DNA from: Paraspadella gotoi
Taxonomy: Eukaryota; Animalia; Chaetognatha
Length of the DNA: 10,677 bases
Assembly: GCA_051294375.1 (NCBI GenBank)
Contig: JBJCIZ010001477.1
Span: forward strand, 1 to 10,677
Reading direction: 5' to 3'
Shown here: piece by piece, positions 7,990 through 10,677 of the stretch
How positions within the stretch are numbered: position 1 is the stretch's first letter
Layout: every line of letters starts with the position of its first letter
Made by a program: the position numbers and the translations under genes
The notes under the pieces: model-generated
What the model was told of the DNA's origin: nothing
The model's database searches: none
The model's input: the letters and a program-made list of their open reading frames with translations, nothing else

Positions 7990-10677
7990 AATAAAGATTT
8001 AGAATATTGTTTCTAGAGGAAAAAAGCTTGGAATAAATTTTTTTGATCTACAAGAAAAATTTTATAGATATCATTATATCAAATAACTAATGATCGTACC
8101 TCTCCCATCTATTCCAACCAAAAATTTTTCTAATACCATCATTTATTGCTACATTTACTTTGGTCATATCTTGCAAGATACTCTTTCACTTCACTTCCGT
8201 ACGTAAGTATTGTGACACAATTTTGGTGTAGTAGCAAACGCATTAAAACTTCTTCTGCAGGGTTTATATAAGAATTAAGGAGACATTGCTAGAGCCGGTA
8301 GAAAGAGGATAAACTCAGATATGGGTCAAAGACAAAATGCTTTTTCATTTACTAGATTAAAACCGAGAATTTCCATCGGTCTACGAATTCAGATGATATT
8401 CCTATAATATAAAGAATCTTTGTTGATACAATACTTTTGTGTGCCAAAATAACATTGTTTTTGGTTTTTCTAAATTAAAACTAAAAGCATTGCTACTACT
8501 ATAGTTAGCACATATCAATCATTTTAATATATAAATTTGTTGGAGATAACAAAGCTATATCGTCAGCGTAAAAAATGCTAGCAGCAAATAAATGATCTAT
8601 ATGGCAACCAAAACCAGATTTTCGTAATATGAATTATCAAGTCATCAACATAAACTGCCCACAGATAGGGACTTAAAATACCACCTGACGAACCCGCAGA
8701 AACAATAGAGAAATAATCTGAAAAGATGTCAGACCATCTACAACCTACTGCGGAGATTAAGGTACCAGTAAGTAATAAGTCGTAAAAAACATAAGGGAAA
8801 TTTTCTCTTTATGAGTTTTAAAAAGATAACCATAATGGTTACCTTGTCAAATCCTTTTGAGCAATCATGAATGTAGCAAACACCCCCATTATAACATATA
8901 ACACACGTCTTCATGACAAAAACAGCATGAGAAGTAGATGATTTTTTTTGTAACCAAACTGAAGGTCATCAGACTCCAAATAGTGTCCGATTTCATAAGT
9001 AGACATTGTTAAACATTTGATAAAAACAGAACTTAAAGTTATTCCTTATAATTTTTTAGCACTGTAAATATCACCACTATAGTCTTTATTATAGGAACAA
9101 TAACTCCAGACAAAAAATCATTACAACATAACCGTGCTGTATAAGACATTAAATAAAATTTGGAGATGTACAAACAATTGTGAAGTGCATAAATTATATG
9201 CTCCGTCTTAACAAAATCAGTACTTTTTCCAGCCTTTATTTTAGATGCTGCGTCTAAAATATCATTCCAAGACAAATAGTAACCGTTAATAGAATCATTA
9301 CAATGTTTGGATTCATACAGTTAAATACTCGTTCTTAAATGAATCTTTTAAATTTTCATTTAATAATGGATCAAAATCATCATAAATACTTTTAAAGTGT
9401 GACGCAAAATGATCAACAATTTTAGACTTGTCAGTAATGAATCAATGATATTAACATCAAGATCGTTTGTATATTTTTCACGTTTTCCAAAATTTTGATC
9501 ATTTTTCTCACACATAAATTGGGTTAATCTATTTGAAGGATCATAATTGAAAAGTTTTTTTGATTTTCGTAAACAATTTTTATATGAATAATGAGCCTTA
9601 ACTTTGGCGTTATGTATAAGGTCCAGAAAGAGGTTTACCGGATGCCTTCCATAATTTGAATGAGTCGATAGATAACTCTTTAACCTCGTTAATTCATCAT
9701 TCCAATAGTCTTTTTGAATTTTCGGAATTATACGTGGTAAACACAAATCTGCAATTTTGATAGAAGCTATTATGTCTTCAAGATATCTCTCAGGTCAAAA
9801 ATAGTTCATTACAGTTACATATCTTCTCACCATGAACTATATTACTAAAAGGAACATACATTTTTTCGAGTTCAACTTTCAGTTGATTCTGATAAGCAGA
9901 AATATTTCATCTTTTAAACTAGACCAATTAATATAGTATTGACTATTGGTTGGTAAAAACGTACTGGGTATCAAATCTACATCAAGTAGTAATTGTACGG
10001 ACAGTGATCGGAAACATTATCTCCTCATAAATTATCTCTACTTCACTAATTCTATTAGTCAGAGAGCTACTCAAAAATATACAGTCAATAAGACTTCTAG
10101 ATTTGACATTGTCACTTCTAGTCCAATAATTTTTTGGTTCAAAGTTAATCAATAAGATCAAAACAGGGTATTAAATTCCACGTACTAACTGAATTGCGTA
10201 AAAAGTTTAGTAAAGGATGAGAAATATCAAAAATAATTACAATTCATATCAACAAAAATCAAAAAACATTGAGTTTAAGTTTTCAAATATAATAGATTCA
10301 ATGTAACCTAACGTATCTCTATATTCTTTTCTCTTTAGTTCTATATTTGATTTGTCATAAAAGGGCATATAAGCGTTTATACATATTATGCATGAACTTT
10401 TTCAAAGATTTCAATTACAGAAACACGATTGTGATTGTATTCATACCTTGGTTTTATTGAAGACAAATATTTTTTTGGCCATAAAAATCCCGTGCCGCCG
10501 TAAGGTCTTCCCTGTTAATTTTAGAGTCAATTTTCATTCCTGATGTTCCATAGCCTTCATAGAGATCATGAACAGAGCGTAGTGAGTTTACTCCAATATG
10601 TTTTTTATTTGATGGACGAAGCCAGTGTTCCTGGATTCCGATGATAAGGTTATCAAAGTTTTCACATCTCTTTTTTA
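7990..10677 (-). pseudogene. Frameshifted LINE ORF2: APE endonuclease plus reverse transcriptase
   Basis: Manual translation across frames: IIGIQEHWL (QEHWL 10633-10619), GRPYGGTGFLW (10511-10494 for GRPYGG), INAYMP, DNVSDHCP (SDH 10012-10004), YWNDEL, GVIVPIIK, DDLQFGYK (~8970-8945), DCSKGFDKV (~8866-8840), VRQ/GILSP (1-nt deletion near 8685), FYADDIALLSP (YADD 8570-8559), IRKIFGWNRW (~8134-8105). Many frameshifts and stops; the 3' limit is approximate. Confidence 0.93.

Larger units (their letters stand above)
7843..10677 (-). mobile_element. 3' part of the CR1/L2-group LINE (ORF2 body, 3' UTR, tail), inverted relative to ORF1
   Basis: Ordered APE then RT motifs on the - strand, a short 3' UTR, and AATAAA followed by an (AT/AAT) simple tail at ~7857-7843. 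Confidence 0.9.

Noticed and set aside
8559-8570. YADD reverse transcriptase as a retron, DGR, group II intron or other prokaryotic RT system
   Set aside because: It is fused downstream of an APE endonuclease, paired with an ORF1 and followed by an AATAAA/simple tail in microsatellite-rich eukaryotic DNA, which defines a LINE.
7307-10677. Twin-priming 5' inversion as the cause of the split LINE
   Set aside because: Twin priming leaves the two parts divergent with the 3' tail at the outer edge. Here they are convergent with the tail and flank internal.

Overview
AT-rich eukaryotic (probably invertebrate animal) genomic DNA; nothing here looks prokaryotic. The right half holds a CR1/L2-group non-LTR retrotransposon (LINE) split into two oppositely oriented pieces. 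The 5' UTR, an intact 360-aa ORF1 (6238-7320) and the first 24 codons of ORF2 (7307-7379) are on the + strand. The rest of ORF2 (APE endonuclease plus reverse transcriptase, heavily frameshifted) and the 3' tail are on the - strand (10677 down to ~7843). Joining base 7379 to the reverse complement starting at base 10677 restores the endonuclease frame seamlessly (THNVNGFHHSRDY-I-KKRCENFDNLIIGIQEHWL). So 7380-10677 is an inverted block, either a real inversion or an assembly/chimera artefact. A ~60-bp repeat shared with 4217-4275 starts exactly at the breakpoint. Just upstream of the LINE is a ~700-820-bp imperfect foldback (palindromic) element. The left end has GC-richer islands flanked by splice signals (candidate exons of an unrecognised minus-strand gene) separated by CT/GA microsatellites, followed by a long pyrimidine-skewed low-complexity tract.
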